Below are positions 37,441 through 51,900 of a DNA stretch of 60,000 bases, piece after piece. The number at the start of each line of letters is the position of its first letter. Position 1 is the stretch's first letter. The notes below the pieces were generated by a model. It worked only from the letters and a program-made list of their open reading frames with translations. It was not told where the DNA came from and made no database searches. Source of the stretch: Callorhinchus milii (lineage: Eukaryota); assembly GCF_018977255.1 (NCBI RefSeq), contig NW_024704743.1:100070001-100130000 (forward strand). Direction: 5' to 3'. The position numbers were made by a program, and so were the translations under genes.

Positions 37441-39493
37441 CTTCAAAGTGATTCTTGATTGGTTTTGCATTAGCAGGATAACTAGGAGCAAAACTCCCAA
37501 GTTTCTTTGAAATTAAGGTCTTTATGGCAACCTGAATCACCAGACAGATGGGAACTAAACTAATGACTCAATCAAAAATGGGTGCTATTCAGGAATTATA
37601 CAATTTGATTTTAATGCAGCAGGTCGTTAAGTAGGCAAATGGGGGCAGCCAATTTGCACATGCAATGTCCCACAAACTACATTGAGATTAACAATAATAA
37701 TAAAGTGAATTAACTGTATATATTTTGTCGGTGATGAATGATGTGGGCGATGAACAATGAATTAGTGCACAGGAACCCATTGGTTTAAGAAATGCCAGTT
37801 GAATATATCCTGTCTCGATTGTGATATTAATACTAATCATAATATACCTTGCATTTGATATTGCACCTTTCACATTGGAAGAACATTTCACAGCTTCACA
37901 AGAGTTACTGTAAAGTACCGTGACTGCATATTTTTAGGCAAATAAAATTTCATAAAAGGACATCACTTTTGATTTCACAGTGAAATTTGAGCTGACAAAG
38001 CTGCCCCCTGCGTGACTATTGCCTGTCTGTGAAGAAAACAAATTCTGGAAAGAAATCATATTACTTGTGGAAGATGTTTATGTTAGCATGGACAAAACAC
38101 TACAATGCTGACATTGTATGCAGTATTGCATTTCCTCAGATGTCTCCCTCCCCCTCACATTGCTGTTATCACCCACCACCCTCAAGGGGTAATCAAATAA
38201 ACAGACCTTGATCTTGTCTAATTATATAAAAAAAAACAGGCTGGAGCTGGGAAAATGTGATAAACACAAGTGGAGATAGAAACAGCAGCTGATTGACCTT
38301 TTGGTGGGATAAGTCTCAACCACCCTATAGCTTGAAAGAGAAATGGTGATAAAAAGAGACTTGTCACTACAAACTGGATAAGACACTGGCCAGAATCCAA
38401 AATATGGCTTGACGTCATGGTCAAATGTGAAGTAAATAGATCAAAGAGAGGTTATTATCTTTTCAGATGCACATTGTGTTCTGTTAAGTATTTGATAAAG
38501 TTTTGGTTATACGTATGCTCATAACTTTCAGTTTCATTCCCTGCCAGATATTCACTCATTTTAAAGGGAATAAAATAGCACACAATTTATACAATAATAC
38601 AGAACAGAAAGCTTTCTGGGCTGCTTTTCTTGAAATTAAGCCTCTTGATTTAATCCCATTCTCCTTACTCCTCATGCCTTTTATCCAGCAATCTTCTATT
38701 TCAGGGATCTATCTAATTCTCTTTTAGAATAATTTATGAGCTCTTGGAGTTTCTCCTGGTGTGTGGACCAACAATCTCCCAGGTAAAATTGATCACTCAT
38801 CTCATGGCTGTTTGTGGGACATTGCTGTTTGTAAACTCTAGGATTGATACAATCTACCAAGAGTTGTAGCTTAATTTACAAATAATATACACGTGAAGCA
38901 CTTATGTTTCATTGCAGTAATGAATGCAATGCGTCCATGCCCTTGGCCCTCCCTATTCTTGCAATCTCTCGTGTGGTCCCACTCTACTCCGCTCACTCCC
39001 TCCACTCTGTCAACTCAGGCCTGCTTTATGTCAACCCACTCACTCTTTCCAACCCAGTGAAAACAATTTCAGTTACACTGTCCTTGTTTTTTGGAACCCT
39101 CTCCCTAAATCCCTCATGTCATCCATCTCTTTAAAGCACTTTGCCAACCTGAATGATGCAATATAAGTGTAAACTGTTGCTGTTGATCTGATTGAGTTAC
39201 CAATAATAATAATCCTTTCATTTGATACAGGACATTTTTACATCACTGAGACATCTCAAAACATTTCACAGGATTTACTGTAAAATATAGTAATGTATTC
39301 CATGTAGCAGGAATGAAAGACAATGATCACAGGGTTTAAAGATAAACTAAGAGGCCACAGCCAAACAAATTTGCCAATGTCAGGGAAGGGGAGAGGGAGA
39401 AGGGGATGAGGAGTGAGGTCCCTTGCGAACCTGCTGATAATTAAAGATACGTTTGAATCACATGTGATAGTCCAAGAGTTGTAGCTTACTCTT

Positions 39494-39818
39494 GTGGAGT
39501 CCTGTAGCTCAGTGGTTAGAGCACTCGCTTTGCAAGCGAGAGACCTGAGTTCAATTCCAGGCAGGGCGAAATCTTGGGAAAGTTTCCTTACTCCACACGC
39601 CTAATAATAATCCCTCCAAAACCAAAAACAATAATAAATTGGTCATTTTCAATCTACGACTGTTTGTGGGACATTGCTGTGCGCAATTGGCTGCCGCGTT
39701 TGCCCACTAATATACAGTCAATTCACTTTACAGTGTGTTCTGTAAAGCGCTTTGGGACGTCCTCCCGACGTGAAAAGCGCTATATCAAATACAAGGATTA
39801 TTATTATTATTATTATTA
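39494..39818 (+). mobile_element. Young tRNA-headed SINE (full length)
   Basis: Near-identical to 491-817. Confidence 0.95.
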
Positions 39819-40139
39819 ATTTGCATTTATATAGTGTCCTTTAACATGGGGGAGCATTTCAGACTGTCTAACAATGGGACGGCTTGAAACTGAGCCATGG
39901 AGAAAAGAGAGGTGACCATAGGCACGGTCAAAGAGGAAGGTCACGCAATGGGAAGTGTAGAAGAGCAGCCAAAATGCAGTCTCCCACACATCTACTTCAC
40001 ACGAGTACATACAAAAATAAAGCGAAAATTTAAAGGATTTCCTAACAATGGGTTCAAACAAATTATTTACAATGCAGTTAGTATTATGTGTTGAGAAAGT
40101 TAGCGATACCAATCAATCAAGAGTACAACAGACTAATGT

Positions 40140-40383
40140 CTGCAGAGTTCTGAATGACCTGCAGTGTGGAGGGAGGTGGCGGGAAGGCCGGCGAGGAGAG
40201 AGTTCCCATAGTCCAGCCTTGAGGTGACAAAGGCGTGGACCAGGGTTTTAGCAGCGTGAGGGGTGAGGTAGTGCCGTAGTCTGGCGATGTTCCGGAGGTG
40301 ATGGAAGGCGGTGCCAGTTGTGGTGCGGATGTGAGGGAGAAAGGACAGCTCAGGGTTGAACAAAACGCCGAGGTTCCTGACTG
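40140..40383 (-). mobile_element. L2 LINE internal fragment
   Basis: [36 protein letters not shown]. Confidence 0.9.
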
Positions 40384-42111
40384 TCATCATGTAAGTATTG
40401 CAATACTGTGGAATGGGCAAAAGGTAATTCGGAATATAGTTGAGCTCACCCAGTCTAGGTTGATACTCCACTTGTGAATTATTTAGTTCCACATATTCAA
40501 TTTGTTGATATGGGCTTAACACTGTTCTACATTCTGCTGTTCAGTAACCTGGAATTGGTGATGGCTTCACCACGGATACTTTCAGTCTGGTTTGGGTAGT
40601 CTTAAATATAATGATAGATTACTACATGTGTCAGACACCTTGACTGACCAAAAAACAAGACAACAAAAAGATTTCTATTTTAGTGCTTGGCATATGATAA
40701 ACAAGAGTGTCTTGAACAGAGTTTGGATCACTACAACATTTACTGATCAAATAATAATGCCCTCTGCTGGTTAGATAAACTCAAAGATCACAGCCATTCA
40801 CACTGACAAGTATCGACATTCCTCACTCCCTAATTTGAGTCAAAATACAAATCTAAGTACAGAGAAGGAATTGCCATGTGAATTGCCACAAAATTGTCGA
40901 ACAAATGGTCCATGTTCAGTGCTATTCTGAGCAATCCTACTTCTTGGAGATAGAAAGAAATGTAGCAAAAGTGTAATGAAAGTCAAGTCAACATAACCTT
41001 GTTAAAACCCATTAAAAGCAAGTTCAAAGGCATCGTCAGCCGAGTCAATGCTTTGGTGAAGCCATTTAAACAATGTTGAGGGGTATTCACTTGCAACAGT
41101 CATCAATTGGGATATCTCCAGTGAGCAGAATGTCCCAGACTGGGACAATGATCACTAGTGGTAAATGATTATATTGAAAATCACATTTATCAACAACAAC
41201 TTGCATTTAGGTAGTGCCTTTCATACGAGTAGCGTCTTGGAGTACTTTACAGCAGTGTGTTTGACTCCGAGCTGGAAAGAAAGGATTGTTGACCAAAAGC
41301 ATGTTGAAGAGGAAATCCAGTAGCAGTTAATATTTTGACTTCTTCAGTTATGCAACAGGGAGAAAAAGTTGATTCATTTTAAGCCATAATAACTGTGTTG
41401 AAGCTATCTACAGCTTTACTTCCAGGAATTAATTGCACTGAAATACACATCTCGTGATAACATGTTATCATTTAATTTAAGCAAAACTAAGTTATTTTTA
41501 CATCATTGTTATGGAATTTCATATTTAACTCTTTTATTGTGATTTGTTGTGCCTTCAGTATTTGACTGACTCAATGCGCAATTCAACCTTTTTTAACTAT
41601 ATAAAATTTCAATAGTTTGTTTGAGAACAAAGTTGAAAATCTCTATTATTTTCCTAGGAGCCATTTAGTGGAAGACTCCTTAGCCCAGCAATAGTAGATA
41701 GGCCCGGGAAGCCTGCTAAGTATGCATTGTGGAAAGAAGAAGCAATGAAATGATGGGAAAGTAATGATGTGTTTGTACTCATTGTGTATGTGGGATTGCA
41801 CACAGCCAGCTATAAATCTGAACACTGCAGGTTTTCCCCCCGTATGTTTTCCTTGCAAAACATTGTAAACGCATAGGCTGAGTATATCTTCTTTTGGGTG
41901 GAAAAAATATCAAATTAAATATTTTGAAAAACCATGAAAGAATAAATTTGGGCTGAAAACGACTGGTGGTTGAAAAGGGCTAACAGGATGGCCTAACAAG
42001 CTAATGGCAGGTGGCGTTGTAGCAACAGTTTCTAGTCCTCTGGATCAAGAGCATTGGAATGTACAGTACTAAGTGCACTTGTACCACCTACTCAAACGGC
42101 TTTCTTAAATT

Positions 42112-42722
42112 CAACAACAAGAACAACTTGCATTTATATAGCACCCTTCACAAAGGGTAGCGTCCCAGAGCTTAACAGTGGCAGAGTCTGACAATGAACA
42201 AAGGGGAGAGGGAGGTGGAGGTGACTGTAAGTACGATCAAAAAGGAAGGTCTTTAGGTGGGATTTGAAGGTGGGGAGGGAGGGGGCAAGGCGGAGGGATC
42301 AAAGGAGAGAGTTCTAGAGTTTCGGGGCGTGGTGGCTGAAGGAATGGCCACTGAAAGTGGAGCGGAGGGCACGACGGATAAACAGGAGACTGGAGCCGGC
42401 AGAGCGGAGCCAGCGGGTGGTGGAGAAGGGATAAGCAAATCGGATTGGTAGGGAGGTGCGAGGAAATGAAGTGATTTGAAAATGAGTGAGAGCATCTTGA
42501 AGTCGATCCATTCGGTGATTGGGATTGGCAAGGACTGGTGTGATGGGGGTATGGAGTTTTGTGTGGCTGAGTATTCGGGCGGCGGTGTTTGAATTAATTG
42601 GATTTTGTGAATGGTGGAGCTGAGGAGATCAGGGAAGAGGGCATTGGAATAGTCCAGCCGGGAAGTGATGAGGGTTTCGGCTGCTGTGGGTGTAAGGTAA
42701 GGCCGGAGTTAGGCAATGTGGC
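42112..42722 (-). mobile_element. Older L2 LINE 3' fragment (different subfamily)
   Basis: IDFKMLSLIFKSLHFLAPPY; tail variant gggacgctaccctttgtgaagggtgc. Confidence 0.8.
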
Positions 42723-43436
42723 AACACCTAGTTATTCCCTGGATTGTATATGTAATATCTCAGTGGCAATGCCACCAGTTAGTTTGTTAAATTGTTAGAT
42801 CTTCATAAAGCACATCATTTGGTTTTATATAACTTAATTCCAAGGAATACAACTCGCCTTTTGGTACAAGTAGGGTTAAAAAGGGTTGATTACAAAACAG
42901 GTCTCTTGGGAGCAGAAAAGGCAGCTGGGGATGGAAAATCCTGATAAGGGGACCCTGAGCACATCTCAGTGACCTCAGCTCTAAGGTGAGAATGTATCAA
43001 ACTCACCCAGCCTGTACTCAATTGAGGCATTTCACTCAATCCTCAGCACAGGATGGAAATCCAATTAAATGATATAATGATAAATAATAATAACAATCCT
43101 TGAATTTGATATATTTCATGACATTTCATGTCATTGAGACTTCTCAAAATGTTTCATAGGTTTTAATATAAAGTATAGACTGTATATTTTAAAGGCAAAT
43201 ACTACAACCAATTTGCACACAGAAATGTCCCCAAAACAGGCATAAGATGAATGACCAATTTTATCTAGGGTTGAAACTCTCTTCTCGAACAGTGCCAATG
43301 GATTTTAAACGTCCACCTGAACAGGCAGATAGGACCTTGGTTGTTCTGACCAACCAAATTTGGTCTTTCACTTCATGGCTGTTTGCAGGACATTGCTGGG
43401 TTTAAAATGGCATTTGCCTGCAAAATACACAGTCAC

Positions 43437-44067
43437 TAATAATAATAATAATAATAATCCTTGCATTTGATATAGCGCTTTTCACATCGGGAAGACGTCC
43501 CAAAGCGCTTCAAAGAACACACTGTATGGTGACTTGACTGTATATTTGTGGGCGAACGCGGCAGCCAATTGCGCACAGTAATGTCCCACAAACAGTCGTA
43601 GATTAAAAGTGAACAATTTATTATTGTTTTTGGTTTTGGAGGAATTATTATTAGGCGTGTGGAGTAAGGAAACTTGCCCAAGGTTTCGCCCTGCCTGGAA
43701 TTGAACTCAGGTCTCTCACTTGCAAAGCGAGTGCGTAACCACTGAGCTACAGGACTCCACATAATCCTTACATTTGATATAGCGCTTTTCACATCTTCTA
43801 GACGTCCCAAAGCACTTCACAGAATATACTGTAAAGTAAATTGACTGTATATTTGTGGGTGAACGCGGCAGCCAATTGCGCACAGCAATGTCCCACAAAC
43901 AGTCATGGATTGAAAATGACCAATTTATTATTGTTTTTTATTTTGGAGGGATTATTATTAGGCGTGTGGAGTAAGGAAGCTTCCCAAGGTTTCGCCCTGC
44001 CTGGAATTGAACTCAGGTCTCTCACTTGCAAAGCGAGTGCTCTAACCACTGAGCTATAGGACTACAC
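43437..44067 (-). mobile_element. Head-to-tail SINE dimer
   Basis: Two full copies, 43437-43760 and 43761-44067. Confidence 0.95.
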
Positions 44068-47000
44068 TATATGGTATATCCTGTAAAGGGTTTTGAGATG
44101 TCTTCCCAACATGAAAGGAGCTGTATCAAATGAAAAGATTATTGTTGTGATATCATGTGGGTGGCCACCCACATGACAAAATTACCCCGAAACACTCAAA
44201 AGGCAAAGCCTCTGACAGATTTATGAAAGCATAACTTTCTGATGATATCAAGTTCTTTTTTTCCCCTCCGCTGTATGAAGCGATGGGAAACCGATTGTGT
44301 TACAGTGCACTTCTGCCTGATAAGCAGATTTTCAAGTGTGGCCTGTTCCTTCCAGTTGATTAATGAGTATGAAATATACTGTGCTAGCAAATGAATAGGA
44401 CAGCTGTTAAACCAATTGACATATATATGAGCCCTATCTGCAAGTGTTAGATTGTAGGCATTGATTCGAATATAGCAAAAGCACATGCTGCAGTTTAATA
44501 ATGTTAAGAGCAGCTCTCACTCTGTGACTTTGTTCTCAGTTGTTCAGCCTAAACATTTTCAGTCGAGAAAGGTTTGCAAGTCCCCAGGACAGTTGGCTTG
44601 GGAAAGGAATGAATGGGTTTAATGTCTGTTTTAGCACTTGAAATGTCAAATTGCAGAGAGTGACATTTAAAATGACTGAAGAATTTACTGCTCCTTACAA
44701 AATGATCTACCAAGAACAGAGACGGGATGTTGCCTTGCTGTTGTTACATGATGAAATTGGTAAAGTAACATCTTAAAACACCTTTTGGAGCAAATTCAGT
44801 GTGTTGGAAGGAGGTGCAAGGTTGCCCACAATGGAATGCAACGTATTACTGCACTTCACATCTCAAAGGTCCTGGAACACATCAGTGTAATGATACCTGG
44901 GATGCACTTGATCTTGGCTGGCTTCCTAATGGCTGGGAAGGCAATTCCATTACACATGGAAAGCAATCTGACAACTTCTCCCTACAAGAGCGACCAGCAC
45001 TACAGCTGATATTATGTTCTTTAGAAGCTATTTTTTTAAAAAAATTGAGCTGCTGAAAATATAAATATTGCACTTCAAAGAACAAGTCATCAGTTCTCTG
45101 GGCCTTTAAAAGTAACTTTGTTGCTTCGGTCCTCGTCTATAAACCAGACAGCGCCTCAATGGCAAGCTAGGCGTTTTTAGCTGGCTCAACGTTAACAGTA
45201 CCTCAACACACACTCTGGGGTCCCCAAGTCTTGGCTGTCGCCAACCTGCATCTAATACTTTATGGTATTAGGTTAGCTGGATGCATTTCATTCCAGATAT
45301 AGGGAAATTTTCATGCACAGATGGCATGCGTGTGTGGAAGTCTCAATTTGGTTTGGATACTCTTAAACACAGTGATCTTTTCGTCAGACACCCAGCTGAC
45401 AATAAAATAATCCATTAAACGAACTGACCAAATGTTTTGCAAAGACTCTGAGACATTGAAACTAACGTTTTGGAGATGTGTTTGAACTAACACATCCCTT
45501 ATCTCTCGCAGGAAACTGCCTCACTGCAATTGTGGTGATTGTGTATAACTTCAATATAGCTCGGTTAATATTTAGTCACTTGAGAGAGAGAAAGAATGAG
45601 AAAGTGACAAACACACATAGATAGAAAGCGACAGAATGAGAGAGAAAGAAACATAGAAACAACTCGAGAGAGAGAAGTAGAGAGAGGCAGAGAGTGAACA
45701 GTCCCAAGACATTACAACATGCTCAGATAATTGGCAACTGTCAAGCTAGCAGGAAGAGGGCACAAGTTCAAATTTGTGAAGGGAAAATTGGGGAGACACA
45801 AAAAAGTATTTCTTTACAGTAAAATCAACAGTTGGAAAGGGATATCAGGAAAATGATTGAAGCCAGGATATTAGACTGTACTGAGAAGACAGAATAAGAG
45901 TGCTTATTCTGGAAAGATATGATCACATGGGCCAAAGGGCCATTCATTCAAACCTCTCTTGCGATATCATAAATGTCTCCCAGAGTTGTTGCTCATCAGT
46001 TTGCTTTTTGCTACCAGCTGCTAGTTTTACCTTGTTTACGTATTGATAAATCTGGCATAAGATTTTATTATGCTTCTATAATGCTTTAGAATATGTTATC
46101 TGATAGTGGTTGTACAAGTAAGCATTACTGGTATCTCTAGGATATTATTCACTTCACATTTCCCTTAGTGAAGAAGCTACTGTACAAATAATTCTTCAGG
46201 TAAGGAATCAAAAATCACTGAATGAAATACACAAGTCCAATTCAGTAACATAAACATTTTCATTGACTTACCTTGTAAATACTATCAATAAATTGTTTTT
46301 TTTCTTGAATCACAAGTCTTGAATCACGGTGTTGCCAGTCTGGCTCCGTTGAGAGCACTCTTCCCTCTGAGTCAGCAAGTTGTGGGTTCAAACATATAAA
46401 TAACCACAGATTGTTCCAGATGGAGCTAAACAATGGAACTTACTCTGTTTCGGATCCGTCTTGCAACGTTATTTGTTGATATGGACTAAACGTTATTCTG
46501 CTACTTTCAGTGAATTGTACAAACCTGTTCCTGTGCACATCAAAAAGGGCATCTAATAGGAACTCCACTCCCCTGTGTGTTGGGAGGCATTTCACATTAG
46601 AGCAGAGTTCCTGTGGGTTAGCATGCCATTAAGTGGCAGCTTTCAATACTTTGCATTGTAAATGTAAAAGTCAATTACAATTTTATAATTGATTTATAAG
46701 TGACACTAAGACTCTTGAATAATTCTTCCTGGTTCATACCACAAAACTAGGCCACAATATTTGCAATTAACTCACACCTCTAAAGGTATCTAGATTTGAC
46801 CAAAATCAAGTATGTTATGTAAATATTACTTATTATGACTGTTAAAAATTAATGTCTATCTTTCACAAATGACTATCACACTGGCCCGAGTTATATAAAT
46901 CAAAATAAGAGATATACTAAAAAATGACCCACTTCCCATAAGTTATTTTTCTAACTCTTGTCTAATATTATTTTCAGACCAATATTTCGTGAATCAATCA

Positions 47001-48330
47001 AGTGTGGAAAGATAAGTTGCTTTGTTAACAATAAAATTGTTATTAGTAAAAGGATTGAAAGTGCCATATAAGTGTTTCTAAATCCACAAAGACAGTGAAT
47101 TCAGTGATGTTCACACAGTAAAGAAGCTTGTGCGTTTCAGGCTTGGAGGAATCAACAATCAGCAATAGGAGAGCAGCAAAGATTTGACAATAGTCACCAG
47201 GTGAGGAAATATGACACCTGCCAATTGTTTGTTGAGCTTTTAAAGCTGTAACATCCACCACTACAGGGCTGATGGTAAACATACTTTTTCCACTGGTTGG
47301 TGAATTGGTAACTATAAAGTATCAATTTAAAATCGACACCAAAATGCCTTGGAGATTGGGTTTATACACAGAGGGTTAAAATGGTGAGTTAACCAATATG
47401 GTCATGAATCATTGCTGCCGCATGCTGAATAGGTTAAAATTGCAACGTCTCTTTTGGGCATTTGTGATAATCTAATACTGACATCTAAAATAAATGAACA
47501 TCTAATCACTATGTATAATTATCTTTGGGGCTGTTTGTGTGACATTGTTGTGTGCATATTGGATGCAATCTTTACCTGCAAAGTACACAGTCACTACGCT
47601 TTGTAGAAAATCCTGTGAAGCGCATTGAGATGTCTTCCTGATGTGCAAAGTGCTCTATCAAATATAAGTATTATTATTACCACTGTGCACCTTTCATGTA
47701 ATAAATTACTTATGGCTGTACATAGTTTTGGGTAATTTGTAAAGGTACTCGGGAGTGTTGCTATTAAGCTTGCTCCAGGTATCAGTTTAATACCTGGGAC
47801 ATAATGGGCCACTGAACTTATAAATCATTGAGGTTTGGACAAGGATGGCAAAAGTGATAGCTTAGTATTATGCTGCAGCTTTTCATTTCCAATTGCTGTG
47901 CGCAATTGGCTCCCGCATTTTGCCCGCAAAATATACAGTCAATTCACTTTACAGTATATTCTGTGAAGCGCTTTGAGACGTCTTAAAGACGTGATAAGGC
48001 GCTATATCAAATACAAGGAGTATTATTATTATTATTATTACCCGGATATAGATTTCACAATGATGTTCTAAGGATGATTGTGTAACAAAGGGCATCAGTT
48101 GCCAAAGTCTCCCCAAAGTGAAGAGCACATTGAAACCCACTCCAGTACATGCCTGACTGTGTGAAAGGAAATATTAATCTCAATAGACAAGGCTCAACTG
48201 AATAGGAGACGTTGCAAGTTTAAAGACAAGATACCTGGACAAGTTACCTGGAAAAGAGGTGGTGAGTGAGTGAATAAGAAGAAGAAACAGTGGAACAAGC
48301 TGGAGGTAAACGTGAAGGATATGTGCACCA

Positions 48331-48336
48331 TTTATT
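48331..48336 (-). terminator. Candidate MYOM1 polyadenylation signal (AATAAA)
   Basis: tttatt on the plus strand about 340 nt past the stop, followed on the minus strand by a T/GT-rich tract. Confidence 0.5.
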
Positions 48337-48672
48337 AGTGTATCAAATGGGACTCTATAATCATTACAGCGTAGTGTTGTTCAGTGCTCACATTGAGATT
48401 AATTGGGGGAGACAGAAAGAAAATGGTCAGCTAACGTTTAATCTAACAATATTTCTACTTCTCTAAGTTATAATTTTCAGATGCACTCGGTGAGTAGTAA
48501 AGCACAGCCATTGAAAGTCTTTAAAATTGCCGCCTGAGAATCGTTCCCCTCATATTCGCCGTTTCTTCAAGTAGAAATTAAACTAACCTCCACAGCAAAA
48601 AGTTACACACTGCTGATAATATATATGTTAGCTTGAGCCTGTTTTCTATCAAGTTTCCTCTCAACAATCGCC

Positions 48673-48963
48673 TCATTTTTTCTTTGCTGCCTTTTTAGTG
48701 TCCACTTTCACTTTCTCCTCTTCCTCCTCTGGCATGAACACACTTACAGTGAAGTCGCCAGTCTCCGTCCCATACTTGTTTTTCACCAGAATGCTGTATT
48801 TGCCGGAGTCTGTGTTTCCGACTTCAGTGATGGTGAAGGTAGCGAACTTTCCAGCTTCAAACTTCAGGATGAGGTGAGCGTCTCCCAGCAGTTCCTTATC
48901 ATTTTTCAGCCAAGAGACCGAAGGAACGGGATCTCCCCAGATATTGCAAGTAAGATTAAGTGA
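48673..48963 (-). CDS. MYOM1: MYOM1 terminal coding exon (291 bp including TGA), My13 dimerisation domain
   Basis: tttag|TCACTT...; [96 protein letters not shown]. Confidence 0.96.
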   Translation of the reverse strand, partial: SLNLTCNIWGDPVPSVSWLKNDKELLGDAHLILKFEAGKFATFTITEVGNTDSGKYSILVKNKYGTETGDFTVSVFMPEEEEEKVKVDTKKAAKKK

Positions 48964-51900
48964 CTAAATAAAGCAAAATTCGACACATTATTCAACAAAT
49001 TGTTCTCAACAGACATGAGAAAAAATATGAACATGTACATGTTTCAAATTAATATTCCAATCTGTAGCTCAATTTAGCTGTGGGAATTCTGTATCTCTAG
49101 ATTACAATATTTGATGTCCCAGTGCCCTGGGAAGCCTCTTTACTTTAAACTTTAAGATAAAGTTTGATTCATTTTTTAATGAGGATTGAAGGCTCTAGGG
49201 ATAGTACAGCTCTTCTTCATTACCACTGCTGTCTGCAAAGGGCTATATGATTCAGGGCCTTAGGGGATCACTGAAGGTGAGAGCCATTAACGGAGTAATA
49301 ACAACAACTTGATTTATATTGCGTCCTTCAAGCGTCCCAGAGCGCTTGACAGTGGCGGAGTCTGACACTGAGCCAGTGGGAGAGGGAGGGGGGAGGTGAC
49401 TTTAAGCACGATCAAAAAGGAAGGTCTTTAGGCGGGATTTGAAAGTGGGGATGGAGGGGGCAAGGCGGGGGAACTGAAGGAGAGGGTTTCAGAGTTTCGG
49501 GGCATAGTGGCTGAAGGCATGGCAACCGATGGGGAAGAGGGACAAACAGGAGGCTGGAACCAACCGAACAGAGGCAGTGGATGGTGGATTGGGGGCTAGG
49601 CAGATCAGATAAGTAGGGAGGTGTGAGGGCATGAAGGGATTTGAACACAAATGAGAGGATCTTGAAATTGAATAATGTATGGTCAGTTAAAGAATGGACT
49701 TTAGGGTCAATTGGCTTTTCTCAGTCCACCCTTTCTTATAATACAAAGGTCATTGAAAAAGTGAAATCTGTATATATTACTGCAAAAGATGTTCAGTATT
49801 TGTTTGGCAGAATCCTTAGTTCTTGCAAAGATCACATTTAATTTGCTTCAAAGACAACCCCAAACATGGACAAACAGGAGCACATGTTGCAGATTTACCT
49901 TTCCTTCCTGGATTGTAACAACATCAGGCAGACCCCCGATAACACGAGCACGGTCTAATTGGAAAAAAAAGACACAATAATTATAATAATAATCCTTGCA
50001 CTGATATGCAAAAAGAGAACAGGAAGCACAGAGAGAGTTGTCCTCAGGGACCTCTGACATACCCCCAGTAACCAGCTCAGAGGGGCACTAACAGAAGGCT
50101 GGGACCAGGTCAGCTGGCCATCACTTCAGCTACAGATATACATAATAATAATAATATTATTAATAATATATAATATAACATAAAATATAATATAACAGAT
50201 ATACATTGTGCTGGGAGATTGGGAATCGAGAGAAAAGAGTGATTTATTCACTCCTGAAATTCTGGTTATTAACAGACATCAATCAGTTTCCAATATTTGA
50301 TGTTTAAAACAGTTTTTTTTACATAAAAGCAATCTGACTTTAAAATATATAACACTTGTGACAAAATAATACTCACTTCTTTCTGCAATTGCAGCTTGCC
50401 TGTTTATTAAAATGTCAGAGAGAGAACCAATTAAAACCATATTTTCATTTTCAAAAATGTGCTGATCCAATATAACATAACTTCTTCTTGATTTAACTAA
50501 ACATATGTGGAGAGATATATTTATCTGTATAGCATTTCAGAGCACTCAGAATTTAACAATTTAGTCTTTGAAGTTGTTTTTTTGTAGTTTTTCAAAGCAA
50601 CTTAAAAGAAAGTGGCTTCAACATTAAAGCTGCATTCAAGAATTTGTCAAATTCTGTACCCTATTAAAATGCAACATAGAGTAAATCTAGACCTAGCTAT
50701 AATTTCAATCCAATCATGAAGATCAAGTATATTTCTGTTTCGAGCACAACAGGGTCTGGGAACAAAGGAGATCATTTCATATCATCACAAATGTGACACC
50801 ATAGAAACAAATTTGTTTTAACATTTTGTGTGATTTAAAATACAAGTCTATAAAATGGCTGTGAAATTGGAGAGTAAGTGATGTAATGAAGTCACTGTTT
50901 CTTTTTGACTGAATAAGTGTTGAAACTCATCATTAATTATGAAATAGCATTTTATTTAACCCTATGAAAGGAAATCTTTAGGGCTGTATTCCAGATGATT
51001 TTATCATGTTCTTTATAGGATAACATGACACCTCGCCTGGGGGTATAAAGTGCATCTGCTCCACAGAACCCCATAAAAAAATGTTGATCACAAGAACTCT
51101 GCTCTGACCCAGATCTCATCAGAGCTGCATTCTCATGGGTTACTATGACAGACTCTAGATACGACTTTATGCGCTGAATTGCTTTTCTACTTTTCTCCCA
51201 TTTTCCTGACAAATGCTTTTTGAGCCCATTTGTCGTAATGGTGACCAATGCCACTAATAGTAAATAATTATATTTCCTCCAAAATGAACATCTGTAAATG
51301 TTGCAATTTCTTTCTCAAATGTTATTGCTTGCAATGCAGTGATTATTAAACTTACTGCTGCTGTTGATAAGAAACAATTGATAAAATCTGCCTACTTACT
51401 TCAGCCTCTGGAATTCTGCAAAGGCTTCATCGAATGCTTTAGAGGAAAGAGACAAAATGTTATGGTTAATGTGGAACAGCTGATTTAACAATTACATTGA
51501 GGTTGAAAATGCAGAGTTTTGACTTTCGAGCTGCTTCCAAGAAAAGGCTCGAAAGTCTGACAGAAAACTCAGAAATCAAAACATCAGAAAGCCATGTTTG
51601 GTGATTGTGATTTTTTTTTCTCTTTTTTAAACCAAATGCATCTTACGATTTCATTGTGAGCTTCTATTAGTACAGTGAGTTCTGATTTGTCATGACCAGA
51701 TTTTCAACCCCATTGTTACCAAAACAATCAAGTTTTATTGTTATTATTATAATAAGTTTGCTTTACTGCTATTGCCAGATTGCAATGGTTCAGAGACTCA
51801 GGTTACCCTCCTCGTCTAATTACAGAATAATGGTGGTACAATGCAGTACTGTGCTGCTGCATCAATGTCTGAGCCATAATGTGTGAGTGTCTGGGATTCT

